The position numbers and the translations under genes were made by a program. Below, piece after piece: positions 24,938-40,200 of a DNA stretch of 64,000 nt. Every line of letters begins with the position of its first letter. Position 1 is the first letter of the stretch. Source of the stretch: Phoronis australis. Lineage: Eukaryota > Animalia > Phoronida. The notes below the pieces were generated by a model that did not search any database, was not told the DNA's origin, and saw nothing but the letters and a program-made list of their open reading frames with translations. Location: the NCBI GenBank assembly GCA_002633005.1, contig NMRA01000175.1:271432-335431 (forward strand), in the 5' to 3' direction.

Positions 24938-27900
24938 GTGAGACTAAACCTGTATGTAGTTAGACTTCATCAATAGTTTGTTAGAATGTGATCAATGATG
25001 CATTCATTCAATAGGCTTGTAACTGTGGCTTGAACCTGGGACATCGGTAAGAAACTTAGAAAATGGGAAGCTATTTCAATAGAATTTCAGAAATTGACGC
25101 CTAAATCTTCTTATTTATGGTGGACCATGCAGCAATTGCCGTCAGGAGTATGTCTCTGTACTATCTAAAAAGATCTTTCCAAGCTCAGAAATCAGATCTA
25201 CTTCAACTGGGGAACAATTTGAGATCAATTTTGTAATGGTAAATGACCTAAATCAAAGCTTGTTAGAGACAATGCACAGGTTTAATGTCGACTAACATCT
25301 TTTTTGATTGTTATGTGTCTGAAATACACATCCAGAAAAATGTCAACAAGATATCAGCTTTCAGATTTGTCAGTAATTGTCTACACAGCATGGTTATGTA
25401 ACTACTGACACTTACTGCTCATTTGCTGATCACCATGGCCATGGTGGGTTAGTCTAGCACCTGTGCATGAATTACTTTGCTGGATGTTTCGCGAAATGAC
25501 CTTCTTCAGAGCTGCGCTTATGTGATGTTATATGATTGACTCTCCTTATAAACTAATATTTCACAACAACAACAAAAGTTTTGAAAAACTGTTGACATTC
25601 ACAACAATACAGTCTGTCCCCTTTGGACAGCTTTCTGCTTCAATCACTGACCTTGGCAGTTGGTGTCAACATGTTCAATGTGCAGAAGTCTGCAGTAATG
25701 TCTTCACAGCTATGCTGAGAATGTCCTGTGGATTGGCATCTGGGCTTCTGGAATTAATATCAGTTCCAAATCTCTCAACAGTTCAGGACAATGCTGGTAG
25801 ACTGGTTTGCACACACTTTTTGTTTGGAATGTCATGTGTCAGTGTTGATTTCTACACAATTTCTGTAAAAGATGAAAGAATCTTAAAAACATGTATGTTA
25901 CGTATTCTATGTGGCAGTGTTGCAAGAAATAATTCAAAATCATTTTTTGGTGAGTTGTAGGGTTTTGCGATCGTCCTCGATGCCTTACGTTTCGAACACT
26001 GCACTTTGCCCTGTTTAGCTAGCTAAAAACAAAAAGTCCAGTTGGTTCTTAATTACTGTGATAAAATAGCTTTCATAATATTCGGTACTGTGATGGGACT
26101 CTATTTTGTTACCAACATGAACATCTAAGCCGTCAGCGACTCACGAAAATGTTTCTGAGTTTATTGGGTTTGATCAACACTGAAGTTCAAATTTGAAAGT
26201 GGCCCATGTCTGTTTTGCACGTGGCTTGAGTTGGGTCAATCGTAAAACTGAATTCGATAATGGGGCATGTACACATTGCATGTGAATAAAGTTGGTTACG
26301 GAACAGAATCCAACTAGATTAGAGAATATTAAGAGACTGACTTTATGTTTACAAGATCCACGCTCATCAGAGAACTTAGTTCCAACATCACTGTCTTTGA
26401 AAATTGACATTGTTTCTTTGAAGTATTTTTAATTGCTTGGCAGTGTATTTTGGTTATCCGTGTAAATCAATCAAATTGAAAGCTTTTTCCTGTTTTACTT
26501 GAACTGCTTTTGTTCTTAGAAGTATTTTTTCTCTGTGTTTCACTTGAGCTGGAATGTTGTACATAAGCACCTGCCCAAATAGTAAGTTATGAGATCACAA
26601 GCTTTACTGTTTAATGCTCCCCAGCGACGTAGCTTTTTCATGAAACCTTAAAAACTTTTAAATAAGAGCAGCATTTAATTTGGAAGAAAAATATGGATGA
26701 AGTGTTAGTAACCATTTTTGCATCTGTATTTGTTCTGTCCATCAAGGACATACTTGGGCCTCTAAAGCCCGGGTGCCAGCTATTTAGATCTTCTCACCTA
26801 CCTTAAGAAAATGTGCCGCCCCAATATTTTTTATTTTAAAATTTCCTGTTAACAGATCTCAGAAAAATGCGGTTGAACCATACAGAGAGTATAGAACATG
26901 GGCAGTTTCTCAATTACTGGATCAAAGTATTGTTAGCCAAACGTCGGCATTGCTCCTGAGGCAGCGAGTCAATTTACCCATGTGCCATAAATGGGAAAAA
27001 TAGGTCACTTTGAACAACACCTGTTTAAAACTTTGGAACCAAGTAAAAAAGGGTTCTCAAAACTACGATGAGGCGGATTCTTTAAAAAATAACTTGTGGC
27101 ACAAGATGAAAGTTTGTCGCTAAGTGTTGTCTTGGTAAATATCATTTCCTACAACACGATTAGTGCTAAATGTATTTTGTTTCGAAATCATCAAGATAAG
27201 TTCCCGTGCTTACCAGCAAGCGAATTCATTGGAGTTATCGCAACACGATGTTCAGAAAATGTTATACAGGCGTAATTTTGAGTTAGATAATATATATAGT
27301 TAGATAGTGAAAGAAATGAAGTGCTTGAAATGGTAGATTAGAATGGCAAGTATTTCAAAAACAATGGAATCATGTCACCGAAGTCAAACTTTTACATTGC
27401 ATTGGAGCATCAACGCTCTGTTGTTTATTGTACCTTTTTATGTGCAAAGTTAACTTGAGCTCTAATGAAGACCGAAACTGTTCCCTCCAACCGAAACTCC
27501 CTAAAACATCAGACTGATCAGAATATGAAAGGCAGTATACAGTCCACCAGTTACTGTTGTACAAAAGTACTAGCATTACCATAGCATTGGTATGATCCCA
27601 TCAACATCGAGTTGCTCCACTTGTTTGGTATGCTTATGACTTCCAGATGATTATGTTTATCTAACCTTTCACAATCTTCACAATTGTCCTGTAGAAATGA
27701 GTTGGTGTTGTTTTTAATGAAAACAATTTGAATTAGATTCCCTATGTAATTAATCCCAAATTTACCTTTGTAGTTTTTTAGGGTAAGTTATTTTAAGTTA
27801 CTTAAGGTCTGCTCATTAGCTTTTCCCCGAGTTTGTTATCATAACACTCACTAATGTTACATGGAATTTGAATTTCTCTGTAACAACTTTGGGAAATGTT

Positions 27901-28440
27901 GTGTGTTATTTGTGCAAAAGAACATAGCTTCTGTGACGGAATCTTCATTTTTGTGTCATTTTACACAGTGAAGTTATGAGAAAGTCCTATAAACTTCATT
28001 TATACACCTCTTTGGATGCAATTTAAGATAATTCAGAAGTGAAACTATATACATATAAGAATTAACCTTTCCATTGGTTGGTTATCTCCCCTGTGCTTTT
28101 CATCAATTGAAAAAAGTGCCAGTAGAGTGCAATTATTCCTGGATTGTTTTCATGTATCCCAAGAAATCAAAATTGACATTTACCCCAAAAATTGTGGAAA
28201 GTAGGTCCTCTGGAACAGAGTCAGTGTTTGAAAGTGCACAGCGAACTCTGTTTTCATTTTTGTTGTAATCTAAGTGTTTTCCATGAGCAAAAATTCAAAA
28301 AATGGTGCAAATTGCAGATCATATTTTTGCGTCCCAGTATTCCTGTCTGTTCTTTAAATTCACAAAAATAACAGCAGTCACACATTATTTTCAGTTGCTC
28401 AGCATGTCACTGTCATTTTACTGCTTAATAATTGAAAAAT

Positions 28441-28513
28441 AAGTACTATTATCCAAGTACTATAATCCAAGTACTGTTATCCAAGTACTATTATCCAAGC
28501 ACTATTATCCAAG
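28441..28513 (+). repeat. 14-bp minisatellite (aagtactattatcc) x5
   Basis: Five near-identical tandem units read directly. Confidence 0.95.
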
Positions 28514-29256
28514 GCAATTTCAATCATTTTTTCTTGTGTAACGGAATAACTCGGCTTTTCAAACACGATTCAAGATTTCTAGACTCGACACAAACATTTT
28601 GAAGCACTTTGAAGCACGGGGCATGAATACATTATAGGGTTACAAGAAATGTAGTTATTGGTAGGCTTGACCAGTTTGGCCCTCTAGTCTGGTTAATTTC
28701 ACTGGCATTGACACTTGTCCAACAGATGAGTATACCAGAGATTCCAAGAACCACATGTCAGGTCAGAAAGTCATAAGTCTTTATGATATGTCATTAAAGC
28801 CAATTAAGGTTTTTATTGAAAGGCTGCCAGAATGGGAAGATGGATACCCTAAATGATACATGGAGTGCAGTGGTCATCTTTGTCAGGCAATTATGCTAAC
28901 ATTTCCTTACGGATCTGAGAGTTCATTTCTGTGTTTGACTTAGGAACTTGTCAGGGAGGACATTAATTAATTAAATGCTTAAATGCGAATGCTGCAAATA
29001 TGATGCCTTCCACAAGATGTGGGCATGAACTTTTAGCCTGAGGCAGTCACACCTGTGAACAATGGAATTGATGAAAGGCATCACCAACTGGCATCCTATG
29101 ACATCAATTTATTTCCAGTTATTTTAGGGCAAGTTTTAGAGCTCCTCTATTTTACATCTGAATGTTAAAACCATGTGGATACTATTGGTTATATCTTTGA
29201 TCAGGAATTCCATCATAAACTTTTTGTATTCCAGTTTGAAGTTGACAATTTTTGGC

Positions 29257-30432
29257 CTTCGAAATTGTCATTTTGAAATAGTTTCATTTTTCAAACTTAG
29301 TAACATTATCTGACAAATGATCTTACCCCTTGGCCTGAGGTTTCGTTTTTGATATTTCTTGTTTGTTTCGGATTTCCAGTTTATTAGAAAATGCTTTACT
29401 TACTCTCTGTATGTAAAGGAAATTAGGATACTTTTTTAGCTGTGTGGACGAGAGTTGAAAGCTTTAGGAACATTGCTACATAAATGTTCTAGTAATTTAG
29501 GTGACTAACAATATGGTAGAATCTCACCAACTTAGGATATAGTACGGCAGACAGGCGAAATTTTATTCTGTTTTCATATGTAATATAGAGTGCCAGAATG
29601 ATGCTTTGCTTTATCTAGGTTTTGCACCATAGCTATTGATAGCAAATATTTTGAAGTTTGTGAGCATTCTCAGTAGTGGTAAAAACCTTTGAAATATGAA
29701 AAAGTGCAATCTTGGCGACTATTTGTTTGAAATTGGTGAGATTTTGTTAAAATGCTTCTAGTTGGTTACATTTCCAAGCTTGTCCAATTATTGTGTTATA
29801 AAATTGCCAAGCTTACTGTGTATACTGGCTGTAGGTCATAACTNCTTCGAAATTGTCATTTTGAAATAGTTTCATTTTTCAAACTTAGTAACATTATCTG
29901 ACAAATGATCTTACCCCTTGGCCTGAGGTTTCGTTTTTGATATTTCTTGTTTGTTTCGGTTTTCCAGTTTATTAGAAAATGTTTTACTTACTCTCTGTAT
30001 GTAAAGGAAATTTAGGATACTTTTTTAGCTGTGTGGACGAGAGTTGAACGCTTTAGGAACATTTCTACATAAATGTTCTAGTAATTTAGGTGACTAACAA
30101 TATGGTAGAATCTCACCAACTTAGGATATAGTACGGCAGACAGGCGAAATTTTATTCTGTTTTCATATGTAATATAGAGTGCCAGAATGATGCTTTGCTT
30201 TATCTAGGTTTTGCACCATAGCTATTGATAGCAAATATTTTGAAGTTTGTGAGCATTCTCAGTAGTGGTAAAAACCTTTGAAATATGAAAAAGTGCAATC
30301 TTGGCGACTATTTGTTTGAAATTGGTGAGATTTTGTTAAAATGCTTCTAGTTGGTTACATTTCCAAGCTTGTCCAATTATTGTGTTATAAAATTGCCAAG
30401 CTTACTGTGTATACTGGCTGTAGGTCATAACT
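29257..30432 (+). repeat. 587/588-bp near-identical tandem duplication separated by a single N (29844)
   Basis: 29257..29843 versus 29845..30432, with about five differences. The join is at an N, so this is probably an unmerged contig or haplotype overlap. Confidence 0.9.
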
Positions 30433-30794
30433 TTGACTTGCAAATGTGAAGTTTAGTCTAAAAACATCTTGGTTGACCCCTTCTCAGTTTGATGGGTTTT
30501 GCCTGCTGTGTGCAGTAGTGCATGAAACCATCACAGATGTGTTGAGGGTTTGGCAAGGTTTACTAGGAACTCTGGCTGTAATTACTCTGATAAGGAATCT
30601 GGCAGTTGACCTGTGCATTTGGTCTGGGTTGTAGATGTGGTCATTAAACTAATTGCTGAGTTAAAAACAAGGCAGTCCTGACTTTATTATGTGTATGTAT
30701 GAAATCAATTTTTGTTCTAATCATAAATTTCCTTTGTTTAGGGTCTTTGTGAAGGCCTCTGTCTTAATTTCAGAGTGTGTATTAGTTATCTTTA

Positions 30795-31298
30795 GGCCCT
30801 TTCATATTGACATAACTCCGGTCTGACAGGAACGTTGACGTAAACAGCGCAGTTAACTGGACTGTTCATACTGGCTTCGGTAGTTAATGAACATCGAAGT
30901 AAACGGTTGGTGACGCTGTCGTCATCGAAGTTATCGCGAGGTAGCGCTGCACGCTAAGATTTTTTCAATGAGACAATTTGAGAACCTTTACATGTGCTAA
31001 ATGACATTTAACTTGCTTTTAAATCGATTAGTTGTTATTAGAGCAAAATATAAGCAGCTATTAGTGACGACACTACCCTGTAACTGTTGACGATAACAGT
31101 GGCACCTGGCGATAACTCCGATTGGACCGAAGCTAAGCGTTCATACTGCACCGCTGCGTCGACGCTGCGCTATTAAATCCACCTGTTAACTGCAATGTTA
31201 ATTGGAGCTGTTAACTGCGAACCAGCACTGGAGTTAAGCGTTCATACTGACCGCAACTCCCCAAACCATCGACGCGTCGACGTTAGTATGAAAGGCCC
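30795..31298. mobile_element. MITE, PIF/Harbinger (Tourist)-like, ~500 bp
   Basis: Imperfect 17-bp TIRs ggccctttcatattgac / gttagtatgaaaggccc, preceded by TTA. CpG-rich, non-coding, homologous to 15803..16272. Confidence 0.8.
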
Positions 31299-34200
31299 TT
31301 TTGGGAGGCTGTGGCACATTTACTGAAGGATAAATATCTTTGCTGGAGGGAATTGTAGGTTGTGATTTGCATATTATCAGTGAAGTATAAGTCTTGAACT
31401 GAAGGTACATGATATTATGTAAGAAGTACAAGAATGAGATAATAACATACAGGCAATTTTGGTTGATCTTAAAAAAATCATAATTTATTATAAAAGATTT
31501 TGTGTATGAATTCATGTTATCCAAAATGGGGTTATTTAGGTTTTTGCATGTAGATACAAAATCCAATAGTTTCTGTGTTCAATTTAACAAGCAGTGACAG
31601 ACCTGACATCACCTCAGTCCAATTAACTCAGCATTAAATTCTGAAGTGCTCTATCTCAAATTAAAAATTGTATACGGTATTCAAGCCTGGGGAATCATAC
31701 CAGAAAACCTGTCCACATACTCTTATCGGGCAATTACTAATATAACGGCCAACAATGAGCTTACCAAACACGACAAGTGACGTCATTAATTTTTTTAATA
31801 AGAATGCCTCGTTTGCGGAATCATGAAGGTTACTTCCGCAAAATGTAACAATTGATGAAGAGTCTACTGTAATTTGACAGGTTTAGTAGATGCTCTAATT
31901 TTCCTAACCGAATTCTCTTCCAGACGACCACGCGTACTTTGTAATGCATGTTTTAGTATCTTTATTCAATGCTCTTCCTTACATCCTTTAAATACGCCAG
32001 TGTTCTCTGTAACAGAAAATTGAAACTTTGACAGGAATTACAAAACTAGGAACATCTTCAAAAGTCTACGCCTTTGCTTGTATGTAAGCCTTGGAATGAA
32101 CATTTGATCCAAGCTAACACTCTGACACATGTGAGTCCAACTTCTGCAGCAAACTTCAAGCATGCTACTACTTGGAGGAGTCAAAACAGGCTGTAGGGAG
32201 AACTGTATGTTTATTGGTAAAGGCCATCACCTCATCTGTCCAGTGATCCTTATTACCCAATAGGACCATACCAATATCCTATAGGACAACCTGAATGAGT
32301 TCTTAGGGATTTTGGATTGTGCATATTGCTTTCAATATAGAAGGGGTGAATTCACTTGATGTACCCATATTGGTCACAGTTTGGCTTCTCTATTGTGTTC
32401 TCTTCAAATTCCTGGGTCTGTTTTGTTTACAACTGTTCTTGCCCTGGGTGAAAAATGTGCTAGGCAGCTGTAGTGTCTTGTTATCAAATATTTGCAGAAG
32501 CACTGCTTACTTGAAGGCCTTAGATCGGCCAGCTATTTTTTTTAGTTATTTCGCACAAAAGTGATTGCTAAAATTGTCCTTTTGATTTTTCAAAATACTT
32601 TTGAGAGTAATACGAAATTTGTGTTGTGATGGGTGTCCAGCACAAGCTATGTACATAGTAGAATAGCCTTTGTGTTAATTTTATTGAGATTTTCAAAGTG
32701 GTCTTAACATGTAAATGTTAAGTCAATGCTGTCTTTCTTCAGCCTTGTGCCCACTGAATTTTCATGGAAATTATTGCCTAACTGATCTTACTCTTCACAC
32801 AAATAACCAAAAGCACAGAACATTTGAGACTTTGCTGAACATTGGGATTGACAGTGTTCAGTGTTACCGCACCACCGCATTCAACTTTAATCCTGTTGAG
32901 AATACTGGGTGGTGAAGTTTTACATATGTCTACAGTACAACCGATAGTCAGCTGCCATTGTAACAAGCTAGAGTAAGAGTTTTGATAATTAAACCCTTGT
33001 TAATTACCCGGTTTCATGTCATGGTTTCATGTCAGTGATCGGAAAGCCTTNCACCACGTCACCAGGAAGCTTGTTGATAATTTGAACTTATATGTTTATG
33101 CACAACTCTGTGTCAGTGTTCGTGGGTGTAGCCAAGTGAGTTGAATGTAGGCTGTAAAAAGAGTGATTAGTGCATTGAAACCTATTTAACTGGACATACC
33201 CCATGAAGCACCTTCTTTGAAAACCGTTTTGTTCCTGTATTGGAATAGAACTCTTTGGTTTGTTTTGTTTTCAAATGGCAAGTTAGCGTTTATGATTAAA
33301 GGCGATATATGGAAATTCTTTGCCTATTTAAGCGCACACTATGGCTGACTAGTGAAATTCCTTTTTGACAAATTTCACCACAAAAAATAAAGATTATGAA
33401 AAATGTTTGTAGCATGTCTTGTATTAAGTAGATGTCATAAAACAGCATTTGACCACGTTTTCCATGTGTTGCAGCAAGGTAATCAGCCTTAGAAAATTCG
33501 TAAAATGACAATTTTGGCAATTATTTTTGTGCGAAATAAGTGGAATACTGCCATGAGCATGTATTGAATGGAGTTCCTTGATTGCATCAAGCCAGAGTTT
33601 CACCACTACTATCTTGATTTATTTCACTCTGAAGTTTGCCATTTCTGCTCACCCATTCAACATAGCTGGGACTTTTAACACTGGTATTGATGAATTGATG
33701 AGTGTAAACAAGTTTGTATTTTGAAATTGTTCAGAGACAGAATGAAAGAGACTATCATAGTATACATTGAAAATAAATAGCAAAGCTCATTTATTTGCAC
33801 TTAATGGTGCTCAAATTGTTATTTTGGTCTTTTCCCATGGTTGAAGTTAAACAGGTTACATAAATAAAGTTCCCAAGAAAACAATCATTGACATTAAGTT
33901 TTCCCATGAAATTTAACACCAGTTTCTAGTGTGCAGTTTTTTCTTGTCAAAGTGTAATAGTATACAGTTTTCTGCTTTGATACTTGATCTAGATAAAATT
34001 GAATTATTAGGGGACTAATGTTTTTCCAGAGCTCTCAAAGTTTTGTTCCTGTGAGAACCTGGCCTTGCTCATGTATTGGGCATTGTCTTTTTCACAACTT
34101 CACAATTAATGGACGCCTGGTACAAATGTGGTCCCACTTAGCATTTTGCCACCCATAATACAATTGTGTTGTGGTTTTCAGATTGTCATGCCTTTTAAAA

Positions 34201-37200
34201 AGTTGTTAATGAAGTGTCCCAGGAAAAGTAAACTATCAGTATGTTTCTTTTGCTTTGCCACTGTTCTGAGTCAGTTTGTGGCATTTATTGATTAGTATTG
34301 ATTGTGATTTTGGACATAATTATTGACTTACAACGTATTACGTTTTGACATGGAGGAGGCAAATGGTTGAAGTAACACTCCGGCTCAAGATTTGCCATGC
34401 TGGTGTGGACTAGTCCATTTTTAACAACAAAAATTTATGATAATCCCTATTTGGGCAAAAATGATTTTGTAAAATTGACATTTCTCGTGGTTGAAGATTT
34501 ACTGAACACTACAGCTTCTCAATGTGTTCGTTGTGAGTATCTATGGTGTGATCATAGCTGTTCACTGTGCATTGGAGTCAACAATCAGTGCTGGTCTTAA
34601 GGACCGACTTAAAACCATTTTGCTTTTTAATGCCCATGTTTGGTTAAACGCCCAGCCCCTCCCCCCCCCTTCCAATACCCCGACACTCTGGGCANGTATG
34701 ATACTTTTTAAGATTTAAAATATTAGGTATTTATTTTCCTTGGGGAAAATTGAGAAAACAATATTCCATTTTTACCTTGCTGTATTGCAAGCTGTTACTT
34801 TTTACCACACCTTATTCTTTAGTTGGCGATAATTTTAGGAAGACATGTAGTTTTAAGGGATGTTTTTGACCCAAATTAATACTTTTTATCATTTATTTTT
34901 GACAAGGTCTTTTATGTTGAGTTATGTTTATAGTGCATTTTGCTTCATTCAGAGCTGGTTGGTTTATGAGCCAGTCCACATCCTTACCACTTGAGTGAGG
35001 GTCAAACTTCCTGTTGAAATGCAAGGTTATGGTATCTTGTGTTTGTCTGTTCTTATCATAACCTCAGCAGACAGTGGTGATATGACTTGTTAACATTATG
35101 ACTGGGTCTTACTGGGTGTTTTTTTAAGTATTTGCAGTTGGTTGGCAAAACTGATTATTTCTTTTATTGTCATTGCCTTCAGGTTATTGCAAAGCTCTTT
35201 TAAATTTTAGAGTCACAGGTGTTTTTTGTTCATTTGGAACATGGGCATACTTAGCAGTGTTTAAAGTTTGACTCTAAGTACTTCTTTTTATTTAAAACTG
35301 CAAAAACTCAGAATAATGCAACCCAATGGATAAAAAATAGTTCATCAAATAAAATTAACAAACTTTCGTGGTCGGTGAAGTTTTTGACTCAGAACCTCAC
35401 CTTAGGTAAAATCATCAGTTTAGGGTACGCTAGTGATTTTTTTCATTTTCAAGGTCTACTTTTACCATCCATAGCTGTCATCAGACAATGTTTTGAATAA
35501 TTTTGGACATTCAAACCAATGTTGGAAGTCTTTGAAAAATGACAAAACAGCGATCGTAGCAATTATTTTTGTCATAAGTTGGTGAGGATTATACAATTTA
35601 AACTTGAGAAACATTGGTATTTAAACAACTTTAGGGCTGCAATTTGGGATATGTTTGTATCTGAGTGTGTGTATTGAAACCTGTGTTACAAATTGGTAAA
35701 ACCAAAGGAAAGTGCAAAATGGCCGTCTAATTCCACCTTAACACGTTACAGTTGAAACTATGAATATGATAAAAAATAAAATATGGTTTTTATTCAATTG
35801 AAATTGAATTTTAAAAAATGTAAATCCTATTAATATTTTTTGTTAAAGAATCAATATGCACTAGATTCGATTAAAAATTTTTGTTTATTGCATGGAAGCC
35901 CCCCCCTCCCTCCGCATGTGTCACATAAATGGTAGGATATTTTTGTTGAAATAGTCTGTATAATGCTGGACAGTATAATGCACAAGTCAATTTCCCATGG
36001 TCAGTAGCCCTCGGCTGTGTATCATTAATGGCGCTTAGCTTGTAATAATTAGTTAAATACAGCTAATGTCCTCTACCTGTTGAAAGGCTTTCATAGAACA
36101 GACTGCCATGTTGTGATTCCAGGAAATACAAATACATGTGCACTGGTTGAATCCAATCAGTGTTTGAGTAGGTGGGCTAAACTAGGTCACACTCTGCTGG
36201 CCTTTGTTAGTATTGCGTAGGTCGCCACTTTACACATTCACTGTTATTCATCACTTGTTTTTCAAGTTTTTCATCGACAATGGGATATCGTGGTTTGTCA
36301 CATTTTTAATTTCTTCAAGTTGTCTGATGGCTTTTGATGGTTGTAGAAGTCTGCGAACAGTAGATTTGTGGTGAGTTTCTTTAACTGTCAAGATTGCTTG
36401 CCCAAGACTAGTGGAAACATTAAGTTACTTTTGATTGTATGGAGCATTAGGGTTTGTCCATGTTGGAGTATGGGAGTTCAAGTGGGCTTGAGGATTTGTG
36501 GACTAGATAGAATGTACATGCCGTCATCAAGGGTGTATGATTGCGTATCTTGAATTAGTCGGCTACAATAAATGGCAAACTAGTCTTGGAAGCAATCAGT
36601 GAATTCCATTTAGTTTGAAATGTTGATGCATAAAATTTAAATAAAAGCTCTTGTAGATTGTCCTAACAAAAATGCTGTGGTGTTTGCAGTGGCAGATCAG
36701 GATATTGTAAGAGGGGTATAAAGATAGTTTTTAAGGGAAAATATCTGCGGAGGGCTTAAAATGGGCATGTCACAGCTGTTTTTATTTTGACTGTGTCTAT
36801 AGAGAAGGGTCCTCAATCTGTTTCTGAATACTCCATGTGGCTTTTAGTGGCTTGTAATGTGTTTACTTTCTCTACCCGTAAATTAGAATTCATTCTTCTG
36901 TCATTCTGAGGAAAACTTGCTTTTTTAAATATTTTGACAAAGTGGCAGATTTTTTTACCGCAAAGGAGGAAGTGATAACGTTCATTTAAAGCATCGCTTG
37001 CGAGTTCTAAATTTTCTCACTATGCACCTATCTCTTCTAAATTCACTGAAAACTAACCTGGAAGTGAGATGTCGGTGTTTTGCGTACACTCGAGGTGATT
37101 TTTAGTTTTTCTGCTGTAAGCATAGTGTTGAGGAAATAAGAGTGTTACTTCCTACCTGTGCACTGATATCTAGTGATTACCTTTTCACCTGTTTCTGACT

Positions 37201-40200
37201 CATGTATCATATGGTAAGTTAGCAACAGTTCCCGGCAACTAAATAAAATTGTGTTAGCCTGCCAGTATGCATTGTAATGGATTACGGACTACGTACATAA
37301 CTAACTGCTGGAAAAAGAGGGAAAATTGAATTGCATAAAAATCAATATTTCTCTATTTCGGACATTGAAAATTGAAATTCCCTCAAAATTGGGGCCATGT
37401 TTATTATTTTGAAACAAATGAGAATGCTTGATCATGAAGAAAGGCGCCTGGAATTGTAGAGCTGGGGTTTGATAAATTTCTTTTTTTCCTTAGATCATAA
37501 ATTGTGACATTTTAAACCTTGCATAACAAATTGAAGTGATATACCAATATCAAAGCCACTAGAAAATGGCATCGGTAACCTATTGAAGCCTCTGTATTAG
37601 TTTCAATTTATTTCAGAGGTTTTGGAGATGGTTCTATGCGAGATTTACATTTATATGACTATTTTGAAAAAAGCTGTTTTGATGAATACAAATAACATCA
37701 AAATATGCATTTGCATTGCAAGGGTATACATGCAAATTCTTGCTTCATTTTACCGCCATTAAATTTGACTCTTGAAACTTGTCATGTAAGAACAAGCCAG
37801 GCAAAACTTGTAAGTTAATCATTTACCTTGCTGTTTGCTCAGAAAACTTAATAGAAGACAGCCCTGTGACTTCCACTGGCATGTTCTAGATGGAAAATGT
37901 CTTAGTCATGGATGTGGTTTTGTGTTTATATATTTTGTTTTGATTTTAAAATGGAGTCGATGTTATTGCTGTCAGCTGCTCTGCTCTGAAATCAGGTTTT
38001 GTTTTCTGAAATTTTAAGGTCCCTTCAGAGGTTGTCTTATCTGGGTTAAAGGGGAGTGACTATGTAATCTGGGTAGTTGAACCTTTCTGAACAGCTTCAG
38101 CAGTTCGTGGACACTGAAGTTATCGGATGCCGATGCTAGGTTATCAAAATTGTGGCTAGATGGTGCTGCGAAAACATGCGTGTGGAATATTTTTGAATAA
38201 GGTAATTCTCCGCTTATGTCGGTTAAAATTAATAGCCAAAAGGGTAATTTTTTCAATGGCTCATTACCTTTTTCAAATAATGGGAACTTTAGCAGATGTT
38301 GCTTTATGTCTGGATAAAATTATGACATCTACAGTCTGCAAACCTTGCTTGTAATAGACTAAAATGTCCTTAAATCTTTTGTGGAGAAATTTAGCAAAAT
38401 ATAATAAATTGTTTCACTTGTCAGCCATATTGTGTGCTAAGTATGTGACCGTTTGAGGAATTGTGTATTGTATTCATTTAGAAAAATGATAGGAGTTGTT
38501 TATAGTGGTAGAATGATCAAAATTTAATAAATATCAAATAATGACAGATATTTGACTGACACCTGCAGATAACTCCAGTGGCACATTTGTTAACCTTTCA
38601 CAAAGCATGCACACATCAACATTTCACAGTTAACTAACAATCCTCAAAACATTTTAGTTTGCAGTTTTTGAAAATTGATAGTGACTGACATACAATAGGT
38701 GATGTTTTTACAATCTAGACTCCGGTTTCGTACCTCTATGGTTTACTGGGGTCATGGTCTGTCTAATTTGAATATAGTTGTGACCTGTTAAAATTAGCTT
38801 TGTCACTAGTTGCAGTAGCATTTTTGTTGAACATAGGTTCTCAACCACTTACAGTTGTGTGAACTGAGATTTGGAACAGTAAGATTTTTCAGTGTTCTTT
38901 TTCTTATTCTTTACAGTAAGAGTACAAATATTTATTGTTGTGCAGTACAAAGCAATCATATTTATCAACTCTGGTCTGCTTTGGGCAGTGAAATTTTAGA
39001 TTGAATCTAGTGATAATAATTTTTTGGTTTTTCTACACTGAAGAGCTGTGACCAGATTCTGATAACAATGCTTTAACTGTATGGTCTTGTGTTTTGTATA
39101 TATGTTTCCATCCTTAATGTGTCTGGTTCATTCTTCACTTATAAGATGGACCACATGAATTATGTAACTGTGGAATCTTTGGAATGTTGGCAGTTTGTGG
39201 TTATCGCCCAGTGATCCTTACCTCTACTCTCCTCTCATTCAGGATCTACATTATTTATTTACAATCTTTAGTCATGGCTTGTGGCTTCCACTTGCAGTCA
39301 AGTGTTGTTTTCTTCTTGTCTTAAACAGACCGAATTTTGTTTAGAAAGGCAGTTCTGAAGCAATTATTTTGGCCCCTTTTTTCTCTTGAGCACAGCTATG
39401 TTGTCCAATGGAATTTTCTCGGAATTCATTAAAACGAAATGCTTCATTGCTTTTGTGCGGGTCTTTTGTTGCACAACAGGTTAATGTGGATTCTGATGAT
39501 AATTTATACATTGGTAGTGACCAAGTTTTATTCATCTTTTTCTGTGCTGTGTGTTTAAGTGTGTGTGTTCAAATGTGATAAAGATTGGTTGAAGTTGATG
39601 TATTGTTGTGGCGTTCCTTGCAATGAAAGTGTATCCTGTTTGATCATCCATTGTGTTTCTTTTTGTCGAAGCTAGTTATTTGCACAAATGCCTTGGTTTG
39701 TAGATTCCAAGTTTTCCGTTGACATTGGACGAGGACTTAGCGTATTTGTTTTGCAGGTTTAGCCTTGAGCAGTGCTGGGAAGGTTGCTAACCCTTGTGAT
39801 ATGGATAAATGGCGACAGGCATCTTGATCTTTGTTGGTGCAAAAGTTGGTCTGATACCATCAAATTTGATGCACATCTGTGATAGACAAAATGACACCAA
39901 GAAAAAAAAATGGTATTCCCTGCTATTAAGCAAGATTTGCTAAATAGCAGGGAATTCCAAGAATTCAAGCACAGAGGCCTGATAAATTTGGGTTAAAAAT
40001 CAATAGCATGATATTTGTGTAAACAAAAGTGGTTGAAAACTCCTGGCTTGATTTGTGCACATTACTTTGGTGTCCGTCTTTTCATTTCCCAACAATTACA
40101 AAGAAATCTCATCAATTTCAGATGCAAATATTTGCTAAATTTGTCCAATTTTCATTTCTCAGATGTTTTAATAACATAGTCGTGAATGTGCACAACTATT

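Noticed and set aside
25532-25960. 142-aa ORF in MAP3K1 intron 1 as a nested gene
   Set aside because: No recognisable motif, intron-like composition and no convincing splice context.
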